Source: Rhizophagus irregularis (lineage: Eukaryota). From it: a DNA stretch of 64,000 nt. The notes under the pieces were generated by a model. It saw only the letters and a program-made list of their open reading frames with translations, was not told the DNA's origin and did not search any database. The translations under genes and the position numbers were made by a program. Positions 25,148-36,185 of this stretch are shown piece by piece (within the stretch, counting starts at the first letter, position 1; each line of letters begins with the position of its first letter). The stretch is taken from NCBI RefSeq assembly GCF_026210795.1, contig NC_089432.1, forward strand, positions 5,084,001 to 5,148,000, written 5' to 3'.

Positions 25148-28030
25148 TGTTAATCGAATAATCACATGACCAGTGATCATGTTACGAATGTTACGAATGT
25201 TACGAATGTTGCAAATGTTACGAATGTTTAATATGTTTAACATGTTAAACATATGCAACATATTAAATATATAACACATATTTAACATATTACATTTGTT
25301 AAATATATAGCATTTATTTAATATTCTTAACATGATTAGCATAGAATTTATTGTTATAAATACATGCGTTCTAAATCAATGTAATAATAGATAATTCTGT
25401 TATATTTTAATAAAAAGCATTTATTAAATAAATTACATCAGGAAGTCACGGGAAAAATATTCATCAAATGTACATCGGTCACTTGATGTACATCATAAAG
25501 AAACGCTGAACATCGGACCCTGCAATGTACTACTGATGTCACAACATTTGATGTTCATCGCCAAATTAAAGATGTTCATCACCTGTACATTACGATTAAT
25601 TAACACATTTATTAATGATATTAAAATACATGCGTTATTTATTATTATACTATCATTATACTATACAAATGTATTATTAACTAATTAATATAATATCTAT
25701 GGCTATTTTAAATCTATATAATATGTTAAATACTAGATAAAAATTGATTTCCAAAATAAACCTATAAAGAAAAAAATGAAAATGTTAATAAAACTTTTCG
25801 TTAAAAATAAAAAAAAGTAAAATTCGAAGGGATATATATACCTTCGAAATAGGATCCAGTCGCGTCTTGGACCTACAAAAGAAAAAAAAATGAAACCGTT
25901 AGTAAAAACGTTTCGTTAGAAAAAATAAAAATTTGAAGGTACTGTATATACCTTCGAAATTCCATATAACTGAGTGATCCCAGATCCTACAAAAAAAAAG
26001 CAAACAAAAAACGTTAGTTTACGTTTCTAAAAGAAAAATAAAAAAATCCAAGTTTCGAAGTGAATTGAAATCTTCGAAACTTACCAATCCGTTAAGATTC
26101 GTCTTCTTTTTCCGTTCTTCAGAAACCCACCCAAGATCTAAAAGAAGAAAAAGAATTAGAAATAACAAAAAAAATTAAAAAAATTAAAGATTCGTATTGT
26201 CCTTACGAATCTTTGGGTTTTCTGTTCTTCAGAAGCCCACCCAAAACCTAAAAATCAAAGAAAAGAACGGTTAGAAACCGTTCATAATAATAAAATAAAT
26301 AAAAATAAACCAAAGATTCGTACTTACGAATTTTGGTTTTTTCCATTTTTCAGAAGACACCCGAGAAACCCAAAACCTAAAAATAAAATAAAAAGAACGG
26401 TTAGAACCATTCATAGTATTAAAAAAAATAAATCTAAGGTTCGTAATATAATACTTACGAACCTTAGTTCTCCATTTTCCGTTCTTCAGAAGACCACCCG
26501 ATGGAACCTATAAAAAATAAAATAAAAAGAACAGTTAGAACCGTTCATAGTATTAAAAAAATAAATCTAAGGTTCGTAATATAATGCTTACGAACTTTAG
26601 TTTTTTGTTTTCCGTTCTTCGGAAGATCACCTGACAGAACTTATAAAAAATAAAATAAAAAGAACGGTTAGAACCGTCCATAGTATTAAAGAAATAAATC
26701 TAAGATTCGTAACTGAATATAATACTTACGAACCTTAGTTCTCCATTTTCCATTCTTCGGAAGCCCTTTCGAGACACCGAACCTATAAAAAAAAGAAAGG
26801 AACGGTTAGTAAACCGTTTCATAATAATAAAAAAAATAAAAAAAAACCAAGATTCTTACGAATCTTGGTTCCTCTTTGCGAAATCCCCTTCCACCATCCC
26901 CCTTTCCCAGTTTTTTACCTTAAAGTCTGGTTTCGTGAACAAGCTGGCGTCCTACAAAAAAAAAACAATGAAAAAGAAACGTTAGATCGTTTCTTAAATT
27001 AAAAATAACAAAAAATCTTCCACTTTCCAGTTTCTTACTACCTTAAAGTCTGGTTTCATAGTATTCAAGCCAGCGTCCCCCTAGTAAACGTCCTACAAAA
27101 AATAAAATAATAAAGAGAAACGTTAGTTCGTTTCTTAAATTAAAAATAACAAAAAATCTTCCCCTTTTCAGTTTCTTACTACCTTAAAGTCCGGTTTCAT
27201 AGTATTCAAGCCGGCGTCCCCCTAGTAAACGTCCTACAAAAAATAAAATAATGAAAAGAAACGAAAAAAAAAGATAAAATTAAAAAAAAAATAAAAAAAA
27301 AATAAATTAAAAAAAAGTAACGAAACTTACAGGTGTGAGAAAAAGAAGAGAACGAAAGGGAAGTGAAGGACGAAAGGAAAGGGAAGGATATAGGAGAAGG
27401 ACGAAAGGACAAGGGGACGAAGGGAAGTGAAAGAAAGGGAAAAAAAAAGTTTAAAGTTTTTTATTAGACTTTTTTTTATCAAAAAAAAGATCGATCGGCA
27501 AACTGATCACATGATACCGATCAATACTAACTGAAATTTACTAGTTAGTAATTATATTTTTATTATAGCAAAGATATGTACATTGAATATTTATTATTAA
27601 ATGCTGCACATCATGATAAAAATTTCATTGATGATGTTCATTAATGTTAAATATTACTTGTACATTAAAAAGAATGAATATTGCAATGTACATGATTTGC
27701 ATAAATGTATATGTAATGTACATTTTTTTCGTAACTTCCTGATGTATCTCATTGTTTATTTTATAGTTTGTTATATTTGTGAGTCAGTATTTGCGTCTGA
27801 GTGTATATGCCCGTGTGCAATACCGTATTCGCATTTGACTGAAATTTCATTTTATTTTATTGTGTAACCTTCGTAAATCGATCGACAGTGATACATTTAC
27901 TAATAATTTCATATAGTTTATTTCACTTTGCGTTCATTAACATTATTTAATATTTATTTTATTCATAATCCTTCTGCTTACCATACACCCATACGCTTAT
28001 TTTTATAAGCATACAAGAACTGGCATAACA
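25148..28030 (+). repeat. 5' LTR (572 bp plus a 2.3-kb TIR-element insertion)
   Basis: 25148-25435 and 27747-28030 match the 3' LTR almost base for base; contains GTTACGAAT 9-mer repeats. Confidence 0.95.
25436..27744. mobile_element. Non-autonomous TIR element with TA target duplication (Tc1/mariner-like or another TA-TSD family), 2309 bp
   Basis: TIRs CATCAGGAAGTCACGGGAAAAAT / ATTTTTTTCGTAACTTCCTGATG flanked by TA. The empty site AAATTATCTCATT is visible in the 3' LTR at ~35388. No transposase ORF. Confidence 0.92.
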
Positions 28031-28033
28031 AAT

Positions 28034-28051
28034 TGGTGCCTTCTGCCAGAA
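28034..28051 (+). promoter_or_regulatory. Primer-binding site, tRNA-His-like
   Basis: TGGTGCCTTCTGCCAGAA(TC) begins 3 nt after the 5' LTR and is complementary to a ...GGCA-CCA acceptor end as in eukaryotic tRNA-His. tRNA identity is recalled, not searched. Confidence 0.7.
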
Positions 28052-28627
28052 TCCCGATTTCCCATTATTTTAGTCCCCTTTTATGTTCTAAAACCATTTC
28101 AATCGCAATGATATACACGACGCTATACATAGACAATTAGGGCTAAATAACATAACCACTTATCATCGTGATCTATCGTGTAATAATTGTTACCCATCTG
28201 AGATCCCCTTAACCCCACTTTTCAACACTTTTTGGATTGGATTTCTTCTAATTATCCAGTTATAGAATATACCCGATACACTCAACAATACTTTGAAGAG
28301 GTTGCTTATTCAATCACTAACGCGGATATTGACAACGCCATACATAACCTATTGTTCAGTATCCGATACACTGATATAGAACCAATAGATTATACCCTTT
28401 TGCGTCATGATCTTATTAACGCCTATAATCTAACCAACAGTTTTTAGCAGGATCCTAACGAAGTCCTTTATCAAGTCAGTGAGACTACTACCTCACCAGA
28501 ACCTGAAGCTTTAAGTGATACAACATCAGAGAATTCTGAGGAAGAAATTCCCCATTTACATATTCCACTACCACCTATTTACAACACACCGAATAACCCA
28601 GCTCCAGTAATTCCACTGGTAATTAAT

Positions 28628-29695
28628 ATGGCCCAACCTAACCAGCAGGACTTTCAGCAATTACGAGCGGCAATCACAGCATTAACCCAGGTATTGCCGA
28701 ATACCAACAATGCTTTGGTCGGGAATACACAGGCCATTGCCAACCCGCCAAGACGAGGAGGAAAGGTGGCTGAACTGCCATCATTCTATGGAAGCAATCA
28801 GGACCCGGTCGCATGGTTCGAGGATTTTACTAGAGCTTGCAATGCTAATGGTATAGCAAATGGCCGTAAATTGGAAGTAGTGCCGGCCTATCTTAAGGGC
28901 GCTGCTTCTACATGGTGGAATGCTAATCAGGCGTTACCAAACAATAACCCTAATAAGATCACCGTGTGGACCGGCAATAATAACAATACCGATTTTATCC
29001 AGAATTTCCCAGCGGCTTTTAGGACTCAAACCCTAGTCAAAATCTGGACCACAGAACTAAAACAAAGGCGACAACAACCTGGCAAGGATGTAAATACCTA
29101 CGCCGCCGCCTTACAAGAACTATACCGAAGGGTAGAGACGAATGCTTTCGCCTATCTCGAAGCAATCAAGGCTTGGAAATTTGTAAACGGTCTATTGCCT
29201 GACCTATATGTCACCGTTAAGCCTCACAATGAACAAACATGGAATGGCGCGGTGGATAGAGCTAAAGCGTATGAGTTAACGCATAAGGATCAAGGCGCTG
29301 TCAGCGCATACCTCAATAAATTTACGCCGATGACAACTACTGACCATACCGGCGATTTACTTAAGGCCATCCAGGATTTATCTAAACAAGTGCAGTCGAT
29401 AGGTAATGGATATAGAGGCTATCGGAATAATAATAGTTTCCGAAATGCCAACCAGCAAACGGTCCAAACAACACAAGGTAGACCGAATCAGGTCGTATGT
29501 TATTCATGTGGAGAACCGGGACATATATCTAGGACTTGTCCGAATAGAAATAATGTTGCTGGACGTCCCAATAATATTCCGAGAAATAATAATACCCCAC
29601 AACCAACAAATACAAATGACCAACTTGCGCAGATACAACAATTGCTGGCCCAATTGGTATCGCAAGAAAGTACCGAAGACCAGCATTTAAACTAG
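28628..29695 (+). CDS. gag: Gag (capsid + CCHC zinc knuckle)
   Basis: 355-aa ORF with FYGSNQDPVAWFEDF, YLKGAASTWW, QQPGKDVNTY and CYSCGEPGHISRTC. Confidence 0.93.
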   Translation: MAQPNQQDFQQLRAAITALTQVLPNTNNALVGNTQAIANPPRRGGKVAELPSFYGSNQDPVAWFEDFTRACNANGIANGRKLEVVPAYLKGAASTWWNANQALPNNNPNKITVWTGNNNNTDFIQNFPAAFRTQTLVKIWTTELKQRRQQPGKDVNTYAAALQELYRRVETNAFAYLEAIKAWKFVNGLLPDLYVTVKPHNEQTWNGAVDRAKAYELTHKDQGAVSAYLNKFTPMTTTDHTGDLLKAIQDLSKQVQSIGNGYRGYRNNNSFRNANQQTVQTTQGRPNQVVCYSCGEPGHISRTCPNRNNVAGRPNNIPRNNNTPQPTNTNDQLAQIQQLLAQLVSQESTEDQHLN

Positions 29696-29728
29696 GAGGC
29701 GTACCTCAGGAGGGTGAGCGTACACGCC
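29686..29728 (+). promoter_or_regulatory. Putative -1 ribosomal frameshift signal (T TTA AAC plus downstream stem)
   Basis: Heptamer TTTAAAC is in the gag phase just before TAG; the -1 frame stays open into the protease ORF; GGCGT...ACGCC pairing follows. Confidence 0.75.
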
Positions 29729-32700
29729 AGACAACAATTCCCTCGAATTTGACGCTATTGGAAACATATCCCGCTACAAGAACTACCCGAAGTAAATCTA
29801 GACTTGATCTGACTATTGGAACCGTAAAGGATAAACCTCCGGAAGAAGAGATAATAGTACGAACCATACAAAGCTCTGGTAAATCTAAACAACCAATAAG
29901 GTCAACTGGAGTAAAGAAAGTCGAACCTAAGAAGGTGGTCAAAAAGAAGTCTGCCGCAGTAGCCCCAATTTACAAAATGATAGAACCATATACGCCGCAG
30001 CAGTTCTTTGATCAAAAGGCCGATATTACGAATGGCCAGTTGCTGGCAATGAACCCAAAGTTCAGCTTAACAGTGGCCAAACAGCTAAGAAAACCGGTTG
30101 TTAGGACAAAAACTGAAGAACAAGATAAAAAACTGGTTAAGAAAGATGATGAAATTCTGAATAATGGAAATGTTTCTGAAGTTGAAAATCTCATGCAGGT
30201 GGCTAATACCGCCGGACCGAATGATGATCGAACTTCGGCATTATATTGTGAAGCCTCGATTAAACACATAAGATTCCCGCTGATCGTTGATTCTGGATCG
30301 GCTGGAAGTATTATTTCCTTATCATTATTGAAAGATTTAGATATGGAAATAACGAAAGCCTCAAAAACTATTATGGTGAATGTAAATGGAGAGCGTCGAC
30401 GACCATTGGGCGCTGTAACTGACATACCGTTGAAGATACATGAATGCATCATTCCGGTGGATGCCATTGTTACCGATGCTAATTCATATTCTGCTATAGT
30501 CAGAAATGATTGGCTGCGTAAGACCAAGGCCGTTCTGGACTATAACAACAATCGGATGACCATCAAGTGGAAAGATCAGGTTTTAGAAGTGACCACCGAA
30601 TGTAGAGAAATGCCCCACCACATAACTAGCATCGAGATACCGAATATAGAAGCCGAAGAAGAGGTTGAGGATGAATCCGAAAAGGAAGTTGATGAAGAAG
30701 CCGTAGAAGAATCGGAAGAAGAATATGAAAGTGACGACGAGGAGACACAAGAGCAGCTATTCTGTAACGCCGGATATATTACTCAGGAAAAGGTGCAAGA
30801 AATCGAAGAAGAATTAAAAGAAGGAAATTTCGTCAGTAATGAATATTACTACCAGTATGAAGAAATTGAAAAAGGAAAATTTTATACCAGAAAATTGGAC
30901 GAAGAATAACATCGGAAATTCGATGATTTTATGGAACGATATCAGGATCTGTTTGCCTGGGATCCTAATGACTTCAGAAGAACATCGGTAGTTACACATA
31001 AAATCAATACCGGAGAAGCTACCCCGGTTGGACAAAGATTCTACTGAACATCTTATCAAAACCAGCTGTTCATAAAAGAAGAAATACAACGATTATTGAA
31101 CGCCGGTTTAATAACTCCATCAAAAAGTCAATGGACTTCACCAGTTGTAGTGGTGGAAAAAAAAACGGCAAGAAACGTCTTTGCGTGGATTATCAGAAGT
31201 TAAATCAAGTAACGAAACGAGACTGATATCCCTTGCCGAGAATCGATGACATGCTGGAAACGTTATCCGGATGTCAATGGTTTTCCTCCCTTGATCTTGC
31301 CAGCGGGTTTTGGCAGGTCAAACTTAGTCCGAAAGACAGGGAAAAATCGACGTTTATCACCCGTTTCGGAACCTACGAGTTTACGGTTATGCCATTCGGC
31401 CTATGTAATGCTCCCGCCACCTTCCAGCGCTTGATGGATACAGTATTATGGGACATATTGTGGCAATATGTTGTGGTGTACATAGACGATATTAACGTGG
31501 GCTCCAAGACGTTCGAAGAACACCTACAACATTTGGAACAGGTTTTTCTTCGATTAAAATTAGCCGGACTGAAGCTGAGTCCAGAAAAATGTTTCTTTTT
31601 TAAGGATGAAATCCCGTTTCTAGGACACGTTGTAAGCTGGAAGGGCATACAAACCGACCCTGAAAAATTAAAAACCATTAGGGAATTTCCCATACCAAGA
31701 GACTTGATGCAGTTGCGAGGATTTATCGCTCTAGCGTCTTATTATCGTAAATTTGTCAAAGGGTTTTCATCGATAGCCGAACCCTTGAATAGACTTTTAA
31801 AGAAAAACACCCCGTATATATGGAGTGACGAACAACATGATGCTTTTGAGAAGCTTAAAACATGTTTGATGACGCCTCCTATATTGGCTTACCCAAATTT
31901 CGAGAAGCCATTTATTCTTTATACAGACGCATCTACCTTCGCTTTAGGTGCAATTCTATCCCAGAAAGACGAAGACAAACGCGAATGCGTTATAGCATAC
32001 GCAAGTCACACTTTAAACAAGCATGAACGAAACTATAGTATAACAGAACTCGAGTGTCTTGCGGTAATTTGGTCAGTGAGACACTTTCACCAATATCTGC
32101 ATGGTCAGAAATTTACGGTGATTACGGACCACGCTGCGTTACGATATTTAATGAATTTATCGAATCCTGTTGGCAAACTCAAACGATGGTTAATGACTTT
32201 GAATGGCTATGAACTTGAGATAATAAACTGCCCCAGAAAACTTCACTCCAACGTCGATACATTAAGCCGAATAAGAACTTAACGCATCTTCGTTGAAAAA
32301 CTCTATTAACCACCCGATTTGCATATATACGACGCCGATTTATTGGATTACCCATATTTTTGACTCAACATGGATTTAAACACCTACTTCTCACTCATAC
32401 ACTTTTTGATGACACACTCAATGCCAACACACCTCGATACGCAGCAACATGCTTCTATTAAACGAAAATCAAGATATTTTATTATCTTGAATGATCAACT
32501 TTATAAAAAGAATAAAGTTAACCCCAATAGACCGATACGAGTTGCAAAAGAAAATGAAATAGAGGATATTCTATATCATATGCACTCAGATCCATTAGCA
32601 GGCCACTTTTCAATAGATGAAATGTATCGAAGGATAAAAATTTGATACTACTGGCCGCAAATGTTCAATGACGTTCGCCGATATGTGCGAACCTGTGATG

Positions 32701-33075
32701 AATGCCAACGAAGGGGCAAAAATCGCCGCAATGAACCTCTCCATCCGATAAAGGTCGGACAACCATTCGATAGACTAGGAATGGATATTGTCGGACCGTT
32801 GCCTAAGACGAAAAATGGCAACATGTATATTGTCGTTGCAACCGAATACCTGACCAAATGGCCGGAAGCCCGCGCAATTCCCAACGCTAAGGCATCATCA
32901 GTTGTCTCGTTTTTCTACGAAGATATTATATGCCGCCATGGATGCCCAAAAGAGCTATTAACCGACCGTGGGACGCATTTTGTAAACGAAATGCTAAACT
33001 CCTTATGCGAAAACCTTGGAGTTAAGCATAAATTGTCTACGGCGTATCACCCGCAGACTAACGGGTTGGTAGAGC

Positions 33076-33886
33076 TAGAGCTCTGAACAGGTCAGCCAAA
33101 TTCAGGTAACCTGACCTGACCTGACCTGAAATTCAGGTCAGGTATGAGATTTTTAAAAAAAATTCAGGTCAGGTATGAAGATTGACCTGACCTGTTGACC
33201 TGAAACTATTGATTCTACTATATAATAAAAGTGAGTTGCAGTATTGCGATTCACTTTTTTATATTGATTTTATATAATAATAGTGAGTTGCAGTATTGCG
33301 ATTCACTTTTTTATATAGATTCTATATAAAAAAAGTGAGTTGCGGTATTGCGATTCACTTTTTTATATAGAATTAATATAAAAATGTGAATTGCAATACT
33401 GCAACTCACTTTTTTTATACAAAATCAATATAAAAAAGTGAATTGCAGTATTGGGATTCACTTTTTTATATGATTTTAATATAAAAATGTTGAATCGCAA
33501 TATTTCAAGAAAAAACATTGCGAAAACGTTTTTTCATAATATTATATTAAAAAAATGTTTTGTAACGTTTTTTTTTTTGATATTTCAATAATAGCATTGT
33601 GAAAACATTTTTTTCATAATGTTATATTAAAAAAAACGTTTTGCAATATTTTTTTTCAATATTTTAATAAAAAACGTTGCAAAAACGTTTTTTTTCATAA
33701 TATTATATTAAAAAAAAAAAGGTTTGTACCGTTTTTTTTCAATACTTTAATAAAAATTTTTCAGGTTTCAGGTCAGGTCAGGTCAAACAGACAACCTGAT
33801 ATAACCTGACCTGACCTGACCTGAAAAAAAATTTCAGGTCAGGTTTATCAATTAACCTGACCTGACCTGACCCATTCGGAGCTCTA
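33076..33886. mobile_element. hAT-type MITE, 811 bp, inserted in the integrase
   Basis: TIRs TAGAGCTCTGAACAGGTCAG / CTGACCCATTCGGAGCTCTA; 8-bp TSD GGTAGAGC (33068-33075, 33887-33894); excision restores GLVERFNR. Contains (CCTGA)n subterminal repeats and two palindromic minisatellites. Confidence 0.94.
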
Positions 33887-34659
33887 GGTAGAGCGCTTCA
33901 ACCGAACGTTATGTGAAGCCCTTGCCAAATATGCCAATACAAATAAAGACGATTGGGATTTGTACCTATCATCTGTTTTATTTGCATACAGGACGAAAAG
34001 CCATAGCACCACACGGCATGAACCTTTCTACTTGATGTATGGCCGTGATGCTGTGCTTCCAATAGAATTCGCTGTTTCCACTGCGCAAAGTAAATGCGCT
34101 GGGGAAAATTTCCAGGATGATCTCTTTAATCAAATTCACACCCTTACTGGAAAGGTGATAGTTGATCGCCTTGAAACACAAGATAATATATGCAAGGCGC
34201 AACAAAGGCAGAAAGAGCAACATGATGCAGGTCTTTCCGAAGTGCATTTTAAAATCGGAGACCTTGTGTTGCTATACCAAAGTCAACTAAGAGGCAAGCA
34301 AAAATTCCAAGAAAGATGGAAAGGCCCCTATTATGTGCATGAAATATTAGGAAATGGCGCATATAAGTTGCGCACAATTGAAGGAAAGATTTTAAAAGTT
34401 CCGGTGAATTCGGAACGGTTGAAATTGTATCACCAACGCATATAGACTATCATGCATGAATGCATGATTGATGATATAATGAATGCATGCATTTAATGTA
34501 TGCTAAAAAAAAAAAAAAAAAATTTTTTTTATTTTTATATATATATATATATAGTTTATTTATTATTTTTTTTTGTTTGTTTATTTATTATTATTATTAT
34601 TTTTGTTTATTGTTTATTGTTTATTATTATATTTATATATTGTTTAATTTAAAAAAAAA

Positions 34660-35127
34660 ATGGCCAAAATAAATGCTTATCAAAGAATCTTGGAAGATTT
34701 GCGACAATTACAACCAACCGAAATTGTGGCATATCCGCCACCTTATACGATTACCGCAGGCTTGGAAGAAAAATTTGATTTAATCAATGCTGCCATAGAA
34801 AGGTCCAAGCGCATTGATGACCGAATATTAATGCTAGCAAATGTCTACTATTTAGGACATTTTCTGGAAGTAGAAATTCGGGATAATACAAGACGCGGTC
34901 AATTTCTACAACAATTATCTATACATTTCCGGACGATTGCTATCCGAACTTATTATATATTTGAGGTCTCCGGAGTTGAACAGATTATGAGAACAACCCA
35001 TACAACCCCCACTATGATCCGGAAGCTCAGTACGGCAGAATATAAGGATTTGGTCTTTAAATCCATCGAAATTTTCAACGGGATTGAAAATCTGGGAGGG
35101 AGTGGTGTTAATCGAATAATCACATGA
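34660..35127 (+). CDS. Extra 155-aa ORF of the Gypsy element, unknown function
   Basis: Uninterrupted ORF of normal composition after an AT-rich spacer; it runs through the PPT (GGGAGGGAGTGG, 35094-35105) and stops inside the 3' LTR. Confidence 0.7.
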   Translation: MAKINAYQRILEDLRQLQPTEIVAYPPPYTITAGLEEKFDLINAAIERSKRIDDRILMLANVYYLGHFLEVEIRDNTRRGQFLQQLSIHFRTIAIRTYYIFEVSGVEQIMRTTHTTPTMIRKLSTAEYKDLVFKSIEIFNGIENLGGSGVNRIIT

Positions 35128-35679
35128 CCGGCGATCATGTTACGAATGTTACGAATGTTACGAATGTTGCAAATGTTACGAATGTTTAATATGTTTAACA
35201 TGTTAAACATATGCAACATATTAAATATATAACACATATTTAACATATTACATTTGTTAAATATATAGCATTTATTTAATATTCTTAACATGATTAGCAT
35301 AGAATTTATTGTTATAAATACATGCGTTCTAAATCAATGTAATAATAGATAATTCTGTTATATTTTAATAAAAAGCATTTATTAAATAAATTATCTCATT
35401 GTTTATTTTATAGTTTGTTATATTTGTGAGTCAGTATTTGCGTCTGAGTGTATATGCCCGTGTGTGCAATACCGTATTCACATTTGACTGAAATTTCATT
35501 TTATTTTATTGTGTAACCTTCGTAAATCGATCGACAGTGATACATTTACTAATAATTTCATATAGTTTATTTCACTTTGCGTTCATTAACATTATTTAAT
35601 ATTTATTTTATTCATAATCCTTCTGCTTACCATACACCCATACGCTTATTTTTATAAGCATACAAGAACTGGCATAACA
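35106..35679 (+). repeat. 3' LTR, 574 bp
   Basis: TG...CA ends, preceded by the PPT, matches the 5' LTR. Confidence 0.96.
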
Positions 35680-36185
35680 ATACGACGTGGAATAACTTTT
35701 TGTGAGGAAAAAAAATGCTGAAGACCTTTGCTAATTTGATATTTGGCGTTCGGTAGTGCGCTTGTGGAATGATACTTAATAGGGGTAGTTGACATGAGAT
35801 AATCATTTGTGTGTATCTGTAAATGAAGTTGATTGGTGTCCAAATGGTGATCAACAATCTCAAAAAAGAAACTTTTTGAATGTCTAAATTCGTAAATCTT
35901 GTTATAACCGGCTTTGTGTATTCTGGTCACGTGAAATTTTTTAAAAGAAATGAGAAAAGAATTATCGACATTAGGTGGAGTCGTTGTTGAAGAAATGGGA
36001 GATATAGAAGAAAAATCTTTTAATGGATAACCATCATTATTATTATATGGAGAAACTTGAGAATCAATGTCTGTAGTTGAATAAGGAGAACTATCTTGTG
36101 AAAATGAAGGGTCATCTATACGAATAAACGCGTGTGTTGATGAAGATGAAGACCAGTCTATTACTATAGAATTTGAAGAAGTCAT
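35680..36185 (-). pseudogene. Unit A ORF, N-terminal part, cut by the Gypsy insertion
   Basis: MTSSN...FHVTRIHKAGYNKIYE...HFFSSQKVIPRR. Removing the Gypsy and one ATAC copy rejoins it in frame as ...VIPRRIQKKYFDMIRQKLLDR, matching unit B VLPRKIQQKFFSFIRDRLL. Confidence 0.85.

Larger units (their letters stand above)
29686..34445 (+). pseudogene. pol: Pol (PR-RT-RNaseH, integrase), disrupted
   Basis: LIVDSGS (PR), LDLASGFWQ and YIDD (RT), YTDAS (RH), HSDPLAGH..CDEC, MDIVGP, TDRGTHF, ERFN and WKGPY (IN). Premature stops at ~30907, 31044, 31224 and 32643, a frameshift near 31160, and a MITE at 33076. Confidence 0.93.
25148..35679 (+). mobile_element. Full-length Ty3/Gypsy LTR retrotransposon, inactivated
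   Basis: LTRs run TGTTA...TAACA; 4-bp TSD ATAC (25144-25147, 35680-35683); PBS and PPT present; domain order gag, PR, RT, RH, IN. Confidence 0.96.

Noticed and set aside
25121..25342. NIR-repeat ORF (also 34953-35300)
   Set aside because: Antisense translation of the 9-mer repeats in the LTR.
25760..27240. CRISPR-like array (palindromic repeats with spacers)
   Set aside because: Repeats are divergent, the intervening segments are related to each other, there are no cas genes and the context is eukaryotic; splice-signal arrays inside a TIR element fit better.
34445..35105. env gene or chromodomain in the Gypsy
   Set aside because: Integrase ends shortly after the GPY/F region with no chromodomain motif, and the extra ORF has no TM segment.
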